Shown one piece after another: positions 17,047 to 26,471 of a stretch of DNA of 64,000 nt. A program made the position numbers and the translations under genes. Source of the stretch: a virus; IMG/VR virus record IMGVR_UViG_3300042691_040495, positions 32,682-96,681 of that record, one strand, 5' to 3'. The notes beneath the pieces were generated by a model. That model saw only the letters and a program-made list of their open reading frames with translations. It did not search any database and was not told where the DNA came from. Position 1 is the first letter of the stretch, and every line of letters begins with the position of its first letter.

Positions 17047-18049
17047 AGAAGATGTGATCAAAAATTTTGGAGATGAAATAATACTATCTGGTAATGCTCT
17101 AGTAGATAAAAAAGTATTAACTATTCCTGTGAGTCCAGCATTAGACATTGCTTTAAATGGTGGAATTCCAGAGGGAAGTTTCGTTGTTCTTACGGGTCAG
17201 CCAAAATGTGGTAAAACCACAACATCATTAGCTTTTTCAGCAACGGCACAACAAAAAGAATACGCTCATGGATCATTCAAAGATGGTCGCCAAGTGTACT
17301 ACCTTAACATTGAGGGTAGATTGAAAAAGAGAGATCTAGAAGGAATTCCAGGATTGGATCTCTCTAGATTTCATGTTATAGGAAGTCAACAAGGTAAAAT
17401 ACTTCATGGCGAAGAATATTTACAAATTGCTGAAAGAATTATTAATGAAGTCCCAGGATGCGTTCTGATCATAGACTCATATTCTGCATTATGTACAGAA
17501 GCTGAGATCACAAGTGATATGGATAAAATGCAAAGAGCAGATGGTGCTAAACTATTAGCTAAATTTTGTCGCAAGGTAGCAAACGTTATACCTGTCAATA
17601 GAAATATTGTAATCGGTATTACTCATCTTATGGGTAATCCAACAGGATATGGTGCAGAGTTTAAAGAAAAAAGCGGCCAAGCAATAGCATACCAGACTGA
17701 TATCAAGCTCAGGGCGAAAACATTTAAACCATGGGTGGTTGGGACCGATAATACTCAGATCGGGCAGGAAATCGAATGGCAAGTGGTCTGTTCGGCACTT
17801 GGACCACCAGGGGCAGTTACAACCAGTTTCATCAGATACGGACAAGGTATTGACAAATGTACAGAATTGATCAATTTAGCTTCTGATGTTGGTATTATTA
17901 ATAAAGGTGGCGCTTGGTATACCATAACCGTTCTCGAAGATAAGCCAAAATTTCAAGGAACAGAAAAAGTAAGAAATTTTCTATTAGAGAATAAAGAAGC
18001 ATACGAGTCTGTTGAAAAATCCGTTAAAGAGGTTTTGGGAATAAAATGA
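17027..18049 (+). CDS. recA: RecA/UvsX-like recombinase
   Basis: SPALDIALNGGIPEG, Walker A GQPKCGKT, Walker B LIIDS, SGQAIAY, GIINKGGAWY. Confidence 0.88.
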   Translation: MMATTLKEDVIKNFGDEIILSGNALVDKKVLTIPVSPALDIALNGGIPEGSFVVLTGQPKCGKTTTSLAFSATAQQKEYAHGSFKDGRQVYYLNIEGRLKKRDLEGIPGLDLSRFHVIGSQQGKILHGEEYLQIAERIINEVPGCVLIIDSYSALCTEAEITSDMDKMQRADGAKLLAKFCRKVANVIPVNRNIVIGITHLMGNPTGYGAEFKEKSGQAIAYQTDIKLRAKTFKPWVVGTDNTQIGQEIEWQVVCSALGPPGAVTTSFIRYGQGIDKCTELINLASDVGIINKGGAWYTITVLEDKPKFQGTEKVRNFLLENKEAYESVEKSVKEVLGIK

Positions 18050-18465
18050 ATATTGTTGATTTGGATGGAAATAATATTAATTGGAGTTTAACTGGTCATA
18101 TTTCAAAAGGCAGAATTAATGATAAATCTTCTTTTCATTTGGCTGCTAGGAAACTGTTAATAGAAAGTTTTCCAACACTACAAATTTTAGAAGAAGTTCC
18201 TATTCCTCTTAGAAGATCAGAGACTTTATATCTTGACTTTTATTTACCTCTTATAAAGAGAGTAATAGAAGTTCATGGAGAACAACACTATAAATTTATT
18301 CCATTCTATCATAGTTCTAAAATGAATTTCTTAAAAGCGGTAAAAAGAGATAATGAAAAAAAAGAATGGTGCGAAAAGAATGGTATAACACACACTATAT
18401 TACCTTATAATGAGTCAATAGAAACATGGAGAAAAATATTAGCTTATGAGTACACGAACAGCTAA
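18046..18465 (+). CDS. DUF559/Vsr-like PD-(D/E)XK endonuclease
   Basis: YLDFYLP, IEVHGEQHY, RDNEKKEWC. Confidence 0.75.
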   Translation: MNIVDLDGNNINWSLTGHISKGRINDKSSFHLAARKLLIESFPTLQILEEVPIPLRRSETLYLDFYLPLIKRVIEVHGEQHYKFIPFYHSSKMNFLKAVKRDNEKKEWCEKNGITHTILPYNESIETWRKILAYEYTNS

Positions 18466-18943
18466 AGAAGATCTACAACATTGGGATAATATTCTGGATG
18501 AATATGAATCATCAATATCTTTACCTAAATACGCGGCCCAATACGGAGTGTCAGAAAGCGAAATTAACCAATACTTAACAATGACACGTGATGAAATAGA
18601 AAAAATTTCACCGGAGGATTGTGCTCAAATATCTTACAGATTAGCTCAATTTGCATTTCATGTTCAAAGAACTATTAATAGAGAAATAGCCAGATTAAAT
18701 TGGTCAGAAGAAACAATTAAAGAAACTATAGCAGATGAAATAAATAACTATAAGGGATACGGATTTGTAGAAAAATCTTTACAAGCGATAAAACATAATG
18801 ACAAAGCATCGTCATTAAATAATATAAAAAAGTATGCTAAACAAAGAATTGATAGATTATCATATATCGCTAATAGTATAAAAAATCTATCTGATATTAT
18901 GATGGCTATCCAGAAAACAAAGGTGCAGCATGGATCCAAATGA
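18446..18943 (+). CDS. Helical hypothetical protein (possible UvsY-like mediator)
   Basis: Coiled-coil character and position near recA; function is inference only. Confidence 0.5.
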   Translation: MSTRTAKEDLQHWDNILDEYESSISLPKYAAQYGVSESEINQYLTMTRDEIEKISPEDCAQISYRLAQFAFHVQRTINREIARLNWSEETIKETIADEINNYKGYGFVEKSLQAIKHNDKASSLNNIKKYAKQRIDRLSYIANSIKNLSDIMMAIQKTKVQHGSK

Positions 18944-19373
18944 CCTATTAAAAGACCCTGAACAACTTAAGAGTTTAATTTCTTTATTGCAAGGACTCGT
19001 GGACCAAGTATCCGCAGATGATACACCCAAAGAAAAACCTCAAAATAAGAACGTGGCCCCTTCAAAACCATCGTCTACTATAAAGACGAAGGGTCGTCAA
19101 AAAGTAGGTGGCAACAATAATATAAAGTCAAAAAAGACACAGCCAGAAAATATCAACGAGTTTGAAAAAATGGCTGAGTTTAGAATGCATAAGGATGATT
19201 GTGCAATAGATAAAAAACTATGCTCAAATCCACCAGTAGCACGAATGAGAGATTTTGAGTTTGTTGATGTTACTTGCAGAGTTTGTGGCAAAAAAGAATC
19301 TATAGCCCCATCTCTGCTATTTGATACTCCTTCACGATACAAGTGTAATAATTGCTCAACCCAATCTGGTTAA
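18930..19373 (+). CDS. Hypothetical protein with C-terminal zinc ribbon
   Basis: CRVCG...CNNC; immediately upstream of dnaB. Confidence 0.65.
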   Translation: MDPNDLLKDPEQLKSLISLLQGLVDQVSADDTPKEKPQNKNVAPSKPSSTIKTKGRQKVGGNNNIKSKKTQPENINEFEKMAEFRMHKDDCAIDKKLCSNPPVARMRDFEFVDVTCRVCGKKESIAPSLLFDTPSRYKCNNCSTQSG

Positions 19374-19376
19374 AAT

Positions 19377-20846
19377 ATGATTTTGTGTGATCCATCAGCC
19401 GAAAGAGCTGTTCTTAGTGGTATATTAAAATACGGTGAAGATGCATACTTGGATATTGCTGATATCTTACAAGAATCATCATTCACAATAGATAGTAATC
19501 AAATAATATTCAAGTGTTTAAAAAATATTTGTGAAAAAGAACCAAAACCCAATATTGATTTGGCGTCAGTTTATTCGTCAGCACAAGAATTAGACTTATC
19601 AAACATACTATCAAAAAAAGAAGAAGCTCAACATTTAAGAGCCATCTTTGATTTTCCTGTTAATCTGGAAAATATTAGAAAATTTGCTTCAAAAATAAAG
19701 AAACTTGAAATAGCCAGACTCCTACACAAAGAGATGGATCAGGTTCAGGAAAGGTTACTTGATGTAACTGGAAGCGAATCTATATCTAATATTATAGGAA
19801 TAGCCGAAGAATCCATATTTAATTTTTCCTCATCATTATCTAACGATAGCGATGCTGCACCAGCCTTTATAGCTAACGATATTGATAATTATATCGAATT
19901 TCTACAATCTAATAAGGTTGATCAAATAGGAATATCAACTGGCTTTCCTGTTTATGATCAGGCTATCGGTGGAGGATTAAGAAAAGGAACCGTTAATGTT
20001 ATTGCTGCTCGACCAAAAGTTGGTAAAACCCTGTTATCAGATAACATGGGATATTATATAGCTAGTAAACTAAAAATACCAGTTTTGAATATGGACACAG
20101 AAATGACTAGAGAAGATCATGTTCATAGGATTCTTGCCATGTCATCTGAAATTGAGATCAATAAGATTGAAACTGGAAAATTTTCAGAAACCCCAAGCTC
20201 TTTTTCTAAAATACAAGCAGCAATTAAAGAACTAAAAGAAAGTCGTCTTTATCATAAAAGTATTGCTGGTAAACCATTCGAAGAACAACTATCTATAATG
20301 AGAAGATGGTTGGTCAAAGAGGTTGGACTTAACGATGATGGTACGGCAAAAGACTGTGTTATAATATATGACTATCTAAAACTGATGGATAGTACAGGTA
20401 TCAGTCAGGACATGAAAGAATACCAAGTACTAGGCTTTATGATGACAGCATTGCATAATTTTGCAATACAATATAAAGTACCAATTCTATCTTTTATTCA
20501 ATTAAATAGAGACGGAATAACTAAAGAAAGCACAGACACCGCAAGCGGATCAGATCGTATTATATGGTTATGCAGCAACTTCACCATCTTCAAAAGAAAA
20601 AGCGACGAAGAGATTGCGGAAGATGGACAGGATGCTGGTAATAGAAAATTAGTACCACTAATTAGTCGCCATGGAGGAGGACTAGACGATAATGATTATA
20701 TAAACTGCCACATGAAGGGATGGTGTGCAAAAATAACAGAAGGTAAGACAAGATTAGAATTAATGAGCGGATCTAATAAGCAAAAGGACGGATTTATAGT
20801 CGATGAAAACAACGATGAAGAAGCAGAAGAAATACCATTCATATGA
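19377..20846 (+). CDS. dnaB: Replicative DNA helicase
   Basis: AERAVL N-domain, GISTGF, ARPKVGKT, DTEM, IYDYLKLM, QLNR, SRHG. Confidence 0.92.
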   Translation: MILCDPSAERAVLSGILKYGEDAYLDIADILQESSFTIDSNQIIFKCLKNICEKEPKPNIDLASVYSSAQELDLSNILSKKEEAQHLRAIFDFPVNLENIRKFASKIKKLEIARLLHKEMDQVQERLLDVTGSESISNIIGIAEESIFNFSSSLSNDSDAAPAFIANDIDNYIEFLQSNKVDQIGISTGFPVYDQAIGGGLRKGTVNVIAARPKVGKTLLSDNMGYYIASKLKIPVLNMDTEMTREDHVHRILAMSSEIEINKIETGKFSETPSSFSKIQAAIKELKESRLYHKSIAGKPFEEQLSIMRRWLVKEVGLNDDGTAKDCVIIYDYLKLMDSTGISQDMKEYQVLGFMMTALHNFAIQYKVPILSFIQLNRDGITKESTDTASGSDRIIWLCSNFTIFKRKSDEEIAEDGQDAGNRKLVPLISRHGGGLDDNDYINCHMKGWCAKITEGKTRLELMSGSNKQKDGFIVDENNDEEAEEIPFI

Positions 20847-21966
20847 TCAATATCAGTTAAAGCATTTATCTGATTTGGTTTGTGACGATATAGAAAATTT
20901 ACTCATATCATTAGGTATAGACTCCTATAAGATATTGGATAAAATGGTAACCATGAGTTGTCCAATTCATGGAGGAGACAATGACTCTGCATTTAATCTA
21001 TATCATCAAGGAGATTCTTATAGAGGTAATTGGAAATGCAGAACACACCAATGTGAAAATGTTTTCAAATCATCCATCATAGGTTTTATTAGAGGATGCT
21101 TATCTAGTCAGCAAGGCTGGACAAAATCCGGTGATGACATGATCTCATTTAATGAGGCTCTAAAATTTGCTATAGATTTTGCAAATCATGATCCATCTGA
21201 TCATAAACAAACAAGAAAAGCAAAAGAGAAAAATAATTTCATCAATGCTATTAAAAACATTGCACCAGAACAAAATAAACCACAACTTGTATCTAGATCT
21301 TTGGTTATTAAATCTTTGAATATACCATCAAAATATTTTATGGACAGAGGATTCTCTAAAGACATATTAATCAAGTATGACGTCGGAGACTGTATAGGAC
21401 AAGGTAAAGAAATGAGTAATCGCGCTGTTGTACCAGTTTATGATAATGATATGAATGGAATGGCAGGATGCACAGGGCGAACAATTTTTGGAAAATGTAA
21501 TAAATGTTCATCTTTCCATAATATTAATCAAGAATGTCCCAGTGATAGAGATAAGTGGCTAAACTCTAAATGGAGACACAACAAAAATTTTAAAACACAA
21601 GAACATCTATATAATTATTGGTTTGCTAAAAAATTCATTCTAGAAACAAAAACCGTAATCATAGTTGAGAGTCCGGGAAATGTATGGAGACTAGAGGAGT
21701 CTGGTATTCATAATTCAGTAGCAATTTTCGGTTCTTCAATGAGCCATAAACAAAAAATGATTCTGGATGCTTCTGGAGCAATGAATATAATAACTATCAT
21801 GGATAGCGATAATGCTGGTCAAGAAGCGGCAAAACAAATAGAGATCAAATGTGGTAGAACTTACAATATTAAAAACATAAAACTGTCATATAACGATGTT
21901 GCAGATATGACTGCAGAGCAAATTAAACTCGAAATAGTTCCCCAAATACAGGATTATTTATGCTAA
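20803..21966 (+). CDS. dnaG: DNA primase (Zn-binding + TOPRIM)
   Basis: CPIHGGDNDS..WKCRTHQC, RAVVPV, GCTGR, IVES, MDSDNAG, DVAD. Confidence 0.85.
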   Translation: MKTTMKKQKKYHSYDQYQLKHLSDLVCDDIENLLISLGIDSYKILDKMVTMSCPIHGGDNDSAFNLYHQGDSYRGNWKCRTHQCENVFKSSIIGFIRGCLSSQQGWTKSGDDMISFNEALKFAIDFANHDPSDHKQTRKAKEKNNFINAIKNIAPEQNKPQLVSRSLVIKSLNIPSKYFMDRGFSKDILIKYDVGDCIGQGKEMSNRAVVPVYDNDMNGMAGCTGRTIFGKCNKCSSFHNINQECPSDRDKWLNSKWRHNKNFKTQEHLYNYWFAKKFILETKTVIIVESPGNVWRLEESGIHNSVAIFGSSMSHKQKMILDASGAMNIITIMDSDNAGQEAAKQIEIKCGRTYNIKNIKLSYNDVADMTAEQIKLEIVPQIQDYLC

Positions 21967-22691
21967 TATTAGGAATATCTGGACGAAAACAATCTGGAAA
22001 AAGTACGATAGGTAATTTTATTCTATCTTTATATTTAGCTAAATTAAACTATTGTGAAAAAATATACATGGATGAAGATGGTCAATTGTTGATATCTGAT
22101 ATTCTTGGAGATACTAGATTTGAAGGAATATTTAATCCTAGAAAAATGATGGAAGAATATAATGATCCAAGACTAGAACAAGCAATCAATAAATTGAATT
22201 CAAAAATTAAAGTATACAATTTTGCAGATATACTTAAAACCGATATATGCATCAATATTCTTGGCTTAACATATGATCAATGTTATGGTTCTGATACTAA
22301 TAAAAATGAAATGACAAATATAGTATGGGAAGATAAAAAATTATCAGCCAGAGACGTTATGCAAATTGTTGGTACAGATATTTTTAGAAAATTAGATACG
22401 AACGTATGGGTAAGAGCAACAATCAATAAGATAATAAGAGAGAAACCAGATCTTGCCGTAATAACAGACTGTAGATTTCCGAATGAAATTGATTGTATAA
22501 AAAATAGTGGTGGAAAAGTTATTAGGTTGACAAGAAATCCATTTGAGTCGGATCATCTAAGCGAAACGGTATTAGATAAAGATAATTATGATTGGACTAA
22601 TTTTGATTATGTGCTAGACAATTCGGACATTTCTTTATTAGATCAATTTACACAAGTTAAAAAACTATTAGAGGAGATACTCCCATTATAA
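21960..22691 (+). CDS. Deoxynucleoside monophosphate kinase
   Basis: GISGRKQSGKST, FADILK, RDVMQIVGTDIFR, ITDCRFPNE. Confidence 0.85.
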   Translation: MLILGISGRKQSGKSTIGNFILSLYLAKLNYCEKIYMDEDGQLLISDILGDTRFEGIFNPRKMMEEYNDPRLEQAINKLNSKIKVYNFADILKTDICINILGLTYDQCYGSDTNKNEMTNIVWEDKKLSARDVMQIVGTDIFRKLDTNVWVRATINKIIREKPDLAVITDCRFPNEIDCIKNSGGKVIRLTRNPFESDHLSETVLDKDNYDWTNFDYVLDNSDISLLDQFTQVKKLLEEILPL

Positions 22692-23728
22692 TTACATATT
22701 TTAGAAGCTCCTCATATAATACGCATAATATGTGTGAACAGCAGTATTTTTCAGAATACGTTCTAGGGTGGCGAGGGTTGAGCGGACAAAAGGCAGACAA
22801 AGGAACAATCTGTCACAAAGTTCTTGAAATTTTGGCAGTTATGAAAAAAGCAGAGCAGGATGGCCAGAGTACTATTAATGATGATTTGATTGGGGAATTA
22901 GATATTAATAATTATAATCTGGATATTATAATAGAAAAAGTATACTCATATTATACCCTTAATGCACAACATCATAAGTGGTCACCAAAAGACCATAAAG
23001 ACTGTAAAAGCTGGGTTTATAAAGCGATAGAATTTAATAATGGGATGTTTGATCCTAGGAATAGGAATATTTTATGTCCAGAACAGCATTTTGATTTTGA
23101 GATTAAAAAACCATGGGCCAAATATAATTACGATATTGGTAATGGTGAAAAATTAGAAGGTAATTTAGCATTAAAAGGCACCATAGATCTTATAACACTT
23201 GTTAATGACTCTACAATTGAAATAATAGATTGGAAAACCGGTCGTAGGCTAGATTGGGCTACAGGAGAAGAAAAAACCCAAGAAAAATTAGAAAAAGATC
23301 CACAATTAAAAATATACCATTATGCTATTAAACATTTATATCCTCATATTGAAAATATAATTTTTTCTATCTATTTCATCAATGATGGTGGTCCGTTTTC
23401 TATTTGTTTCCATGATTCAGATTTAAAATCGACCGAAGATATGTTAAGACAAAAATTTGAAGCAATTAAAAGTACAAAAAAACCTAGATTAAATAAAAGC
23501 TGGATGTGTAGTAAATTGTGTCACTTTGGCAAAACAACATTTGAGGGAACTCATATTCAACCAATAGAAGAATATAGGGACGGTCAGGTATGTAGAGTTG
23601 GTCAAACGATGACAAAGTGCGAGCAAATAAAACATGATCTTGATCTTTATGGTATCGACACTACAATGGGTTTGTACAAGAACAAGAATCATTCCTTTGG
23701 AAGTTACAAAGCTCCTGGATCACTATGA
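22685..23728 (+). CDS. PD-(D/E)XK (AddB/Cas4-like) nuclease, probable ATT start
   Basis: SSSYNTHNMC, GTICHKVLE, GTIDL, IIDWKTG, QLKIY, WMCSKLC; in-frame ATT 22685 lies 8 nt after GAGGAG. Confidence 0.82.
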   Translation: MIITYFRSSSYNTHNMCEQQYFSEYVLGWRGLSGQKADKGTICHKVLEILAVMKKAEQDGQSTINDDLIGELDINNYNLDIIIEKVYSYYTLNAQHHKWSPKDHKDCKSWVYKAIEFNNGMFDPRNRNILCPEQHFDFEIKKPWAKYNYDIGNGEKLEGNLALKGTIDLITLVNDSTIEIIDWKTGRRLDWATGEEKTQEKLEKDPQLKIYHYAIKHLYPHIENIIFSIYFINDGGPFSICFHDSDLKSTEDMLRQKFEAIKSTKKPRLNKSWMCSKLCHFGKTTFEGTHIQPIEEYRDGQVCRVGQTMTKCEQIKHDLDLYGIDTTMGLYKNKNHSFGSYKAPGSL

Positions 23729-25593
23729 CAAAAACATATTCTGTGCTTCATGCTCACTCCCACTATAGTCTTTTGGATGGGATTAGTAAGCCTTATCAAA
23801 TAGCCGATAGGTGCTATAATACCGGTATTAAGACCTGTGCTATCACTGATCACGGGACAATATCAGGATGCGTACAATTTTATCAAGCCTTAAAAGCCAA
23901 AAAAATAAAACCCATACTGGGTTGCGAATTATATATCTCTAATAGAGACTCACATATTAAAGAAAAAGACAACAATAATCTGAGTCACTTTCTGGTTCTT
24001 GCTAAAAATTTAGCTGGTTGGAAAACATTGGTTAAAATTATATCAGAAACAAACAGAGTTGAAAATTTCTATCATAAGCCAAGAATTAGTTTCGACAGAC
24101 TTGCACCAATGTTAGATGGTAATATCATCGGATTTTGCGGCCATCTTGGTTCTACACTTTCTGATATAGTAGAAGAAAATAGTTCAGACTATATTAGCAA
24201 ATCTTTGTCATTCATTTCGCACATGAAAGAAATCTTTGGCGAAAACAATTTCTTTCTAGAAGCTCAGTTGATGGATCAAGAATTTAATCCCAAACAAAAA
24301 GACATGACCGATATTATGAGATCTTTGGGAATAAAAAGTCAAACAAAAGTTATAGCAACTCCAGATGCTCATTATTGTGAAAAGAAAGATGCGATTGATC
24401 AAAGAATTCTATTGTGCAACAATTTAAAAACAACGCTTATTGACATAAATAAAAAACTGCTATCCAATGAGGACGTGCCAATGAGTTGTTTTTTCAAATC
24501 AGACAATTTTCATATACCAGATCCAGAAGAGATGATATCTTGGCACACAGCAGAAGAAATAGAAAATACACAATATATTGACTCATTATGTGAAGAATAT
24601 TCTATATTAAGCAAACCGCTACTTCCTGCTTTTAAATGTCCTAATGGCGACAATCCAGACGAATATTTAAGACAACTATGCAGAAATGGTTGGAGACAAA
24701 AGGTTATAAATCATATTCCAGAATCAGAGCATGAAAAATATGCTGACAGAATTAAATTTGAGTTGAGCATTTTACAGGGTGCTGGTTTATCCAGTTACTT
24801 TTTAATAGTTCAAGATATAGTAAACTATGTAAAGGAGAGCGGATGGCTTCCTGGTCCCGGCAGAGGAAGTGCTGCTGGATGCTTAGTATCGTACCTTATC
24901 GGAATAACAGATATTAATCCAATAAAATATAATTTGCTATTTGAAAGATTCTATAATGAAGGTAGAAATACAGCAGATCATATATCTATGCCAGATATCG
25001 ATGTTGACGTTCCTATTAACAAAAGAGAAAATATTATCGAATACATAAAAAATAAATATGGTTCTGATAAAGTATCTCAGATGATAACATTTAATACAAT
25101 GAAAGGTCGAGGAGCATTAAAAGAAGTACTAAGAGTTTATGACAATATTAGTTTTGAAGAAATGAATAGAATAACTAAATTTATACCAGATGAAGCAAAA
25201 ATTGCAGACGAACTTCAAGAGATGAAAGAAGATACAGGTGAGGCATCTATTATTAGATGGGCTTTAGAAAACAATGTTGACAAACTCAAAGAATGGTGCT
25301 ATATTAGTGAGGATGGCTCCCTGTCCGGTCCTCTTGCTAAGAGATTTGAGCAGGCAATCAGGCTTGAGGGAACTAAATCTAATCAATCAAAACATGCGGC
25401 TGGTGTAGTTATTAGTAGTGAAAATCTAAGTTCTGTATGTCCTATGGTATATGATTCAAAAAACAAACAATCAATAGCAGGGATGGAAATGCAAGACTTA
25501 GAAGGTTTGGGGTTAATCAAATTTGATATTCTTGGTGTTGCTATGCTTGATAAAATAATGACTATATCAGACATTCTATCTAAAGGAGAATAA
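23725..25593 (+). CDS. dnaE: DNA polymerase III alpha, N-terminal part (PHP + palm/thumb)
   Basis: HAHSHYSLLDG, TDHG, GCELY, DAHY, GPGRGSAAG, LLFERF, MPDIDVD, HAAGVVI, KFDILG, then a stop. Confidence 0.93.
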   Translation: MTKTYSVLHAHSHYSLLDGISKPYQIADRCYNTGIKTCAITDHGTISGCVQFYQALKAKKIKPILGCELYISNRDSHIKEKDNNNLSHFLVLAKNLAGWKTLVKIISETNRVENFYHKPRISFDRLAPMLDGNIIGFCGHLGSTLSDIVEENSSDYISKSLSFISHMKEIFGENNFFLEAQLMDQEFNPKQKDMTDIMRSLGIKSQTKVIATPDAHYCEKKDAIDQRILLCNNLKTTLIDINKKLLSNEDVPMSCFFKSDNFHIPDPEEMISWHTAEEIENTQYIDSLCEEYSILSKPLLPAFKCPNGDNPDEYLRQLCRNGWRQKVINHIPESEHEKYADRIKFELSILQGAGLSSYFLIVQDIVNYVKESGWLPGPGRGSAAGCLVSYLIGITDINPIKYNLLFERFYNEGRNTADHISMPDIDVDVPINKRENIIEYIKNKYGSDKVSQMITFNTMKGRGALKEVLRVYDNISFEEMNRITKFIPDEAKIADELQEMKEDTGEASIIRWALENNVDKLKEWCYISEDGSLSGPLAKRFEQAIRLEGTKSNQSKHAAGVVISSENLSSVCPMVYDSKNKQSIAGMEMQDLEGLGLIKFDILGVAMLDKIMTISDILSKGE

Positions 25594-25594
25594 A

Positions 25595-25774
25595 ATGAAA
25601 AAACAGTTTCATGAATTGGCTGTTGGTCAAAAGTTTACAGTTAATGGCGTAGAATATATTAAAACAGACGAGGTTAGAATTAGTTGTTGCAAAAGTATCA
25701 ATTGCTATGCTTCAGCCGATGCTAATCAAAAAGGACATTTTCCAGGAAATACAGAAGTAACAGTAGATGGCTAA
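25595..25774 (+). CDS. 59-aa Cys-containing hypothetical protein (not in ORF track)
   Basis: AAGGAG SD; MKKQFHELAVGQKFTVNGVEYIKTDEVRISCCKSINCYASADANQKGHFPGNTEVTVDG; fills the gap and overlaps next start. Confidence 0.75.
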   Translation: MKKQFHELAVGQKFTVNGVEYIKTDEVRISCCKSINCYASADANQKGHFPGNTEVTVDG

Positions 25775-26465
25775 TATACAAAAAATTTGCGTTTTTGATT
25801 TAGAAACGGACGGAGCAAACCCTGACCTCTGCAGTCCAGTTCAGATTGCAGCGGTCATGGTTGATCCGATGAAGTTAGAAATCATAGAAGATTCAGAGTT
25901 TAATATAACGGTTAAACCTCTTATATTAGAAGAAAAGCCCGACTATTCATACGCCGACTCTGACGTACTAGACTTTCATGCTAAAGTTAGAGGAAGTACA
26001 AAAGATAAAATATTAGAGTCTTGGAAAGAATACCAAAAACAAGAACATGGTTGGAATATGTTTATCTCATACCTAGAGATGTATCATATTCGATCAAATA
26101 GTAAAAAATCTTGTTTTAGTGCTCCAATAGCAGCAGGATATAACATTAATAGATTTGATCTCAGAATAATAGAACGTCTAAGTCAAAAGTATAACAATCT
26201 GAACAAAGAAGGACGCTCTTCATTATTTTATCCAAGAGATGTAATCGATATTATGAATCTTGTATTCTACTGGTTCGAAGGCAATAATGAACTGAAAAAT
26301 TATACATTAGATAATCTAAGAGACTATCTTGGTATAGATAAAGAGGGGTCTCACGATGCTCTTAAGGATGTTAAGGATACAGCTAATATATTAATTAGAT
26401 TTCTTAAACTACATAGAAATCTATCAAATAAAATTAAATTTAAATCATCATTTATTGGAACATAA
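25767..26465 (+). CDS. dnaQ: DEDDh 3'-5' exonuclease (Pol III epsilon-like)
   Basis: ExoI FDLETDG, ExoII GYNINRFD, ExoIII HDALKD. Confidence 0.85.
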   Translation: MANIQKICVFDLETDGANPDLCSPVQIAAVMVDPMKLEIIEDSEFNITVKPLILEEKPDYSYADSDVLDFHAKVRGSTKDKILESWKEYQKQEHGWNMFISYLEMYHIRSNSKKSCFSAPIAAGYNINRFDLRIIERLSQKYNNLNKEGRSSLFYPRDVIDIMNLVFYWFEGNNELKNYTLDNLRDYLGIDKEGSHDALKDVKDTANILIRFLKLHRNLSNKIKFKSSFIGT

Positions 26466-26471
26466 TTTATA

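Noticed and set aside
17851-17880. TTGACA inside recA as an internal promoter
   Set aside because: No acceptable -10 hexamer at 16-18 nt spacing
22685-23728. CRISPR-Cas system (Cas4-like nuclease)
   Set aside because: No array, cas1 or cas2; stand-alone PD-(D/E)XK nucleases are common in phage replication modules
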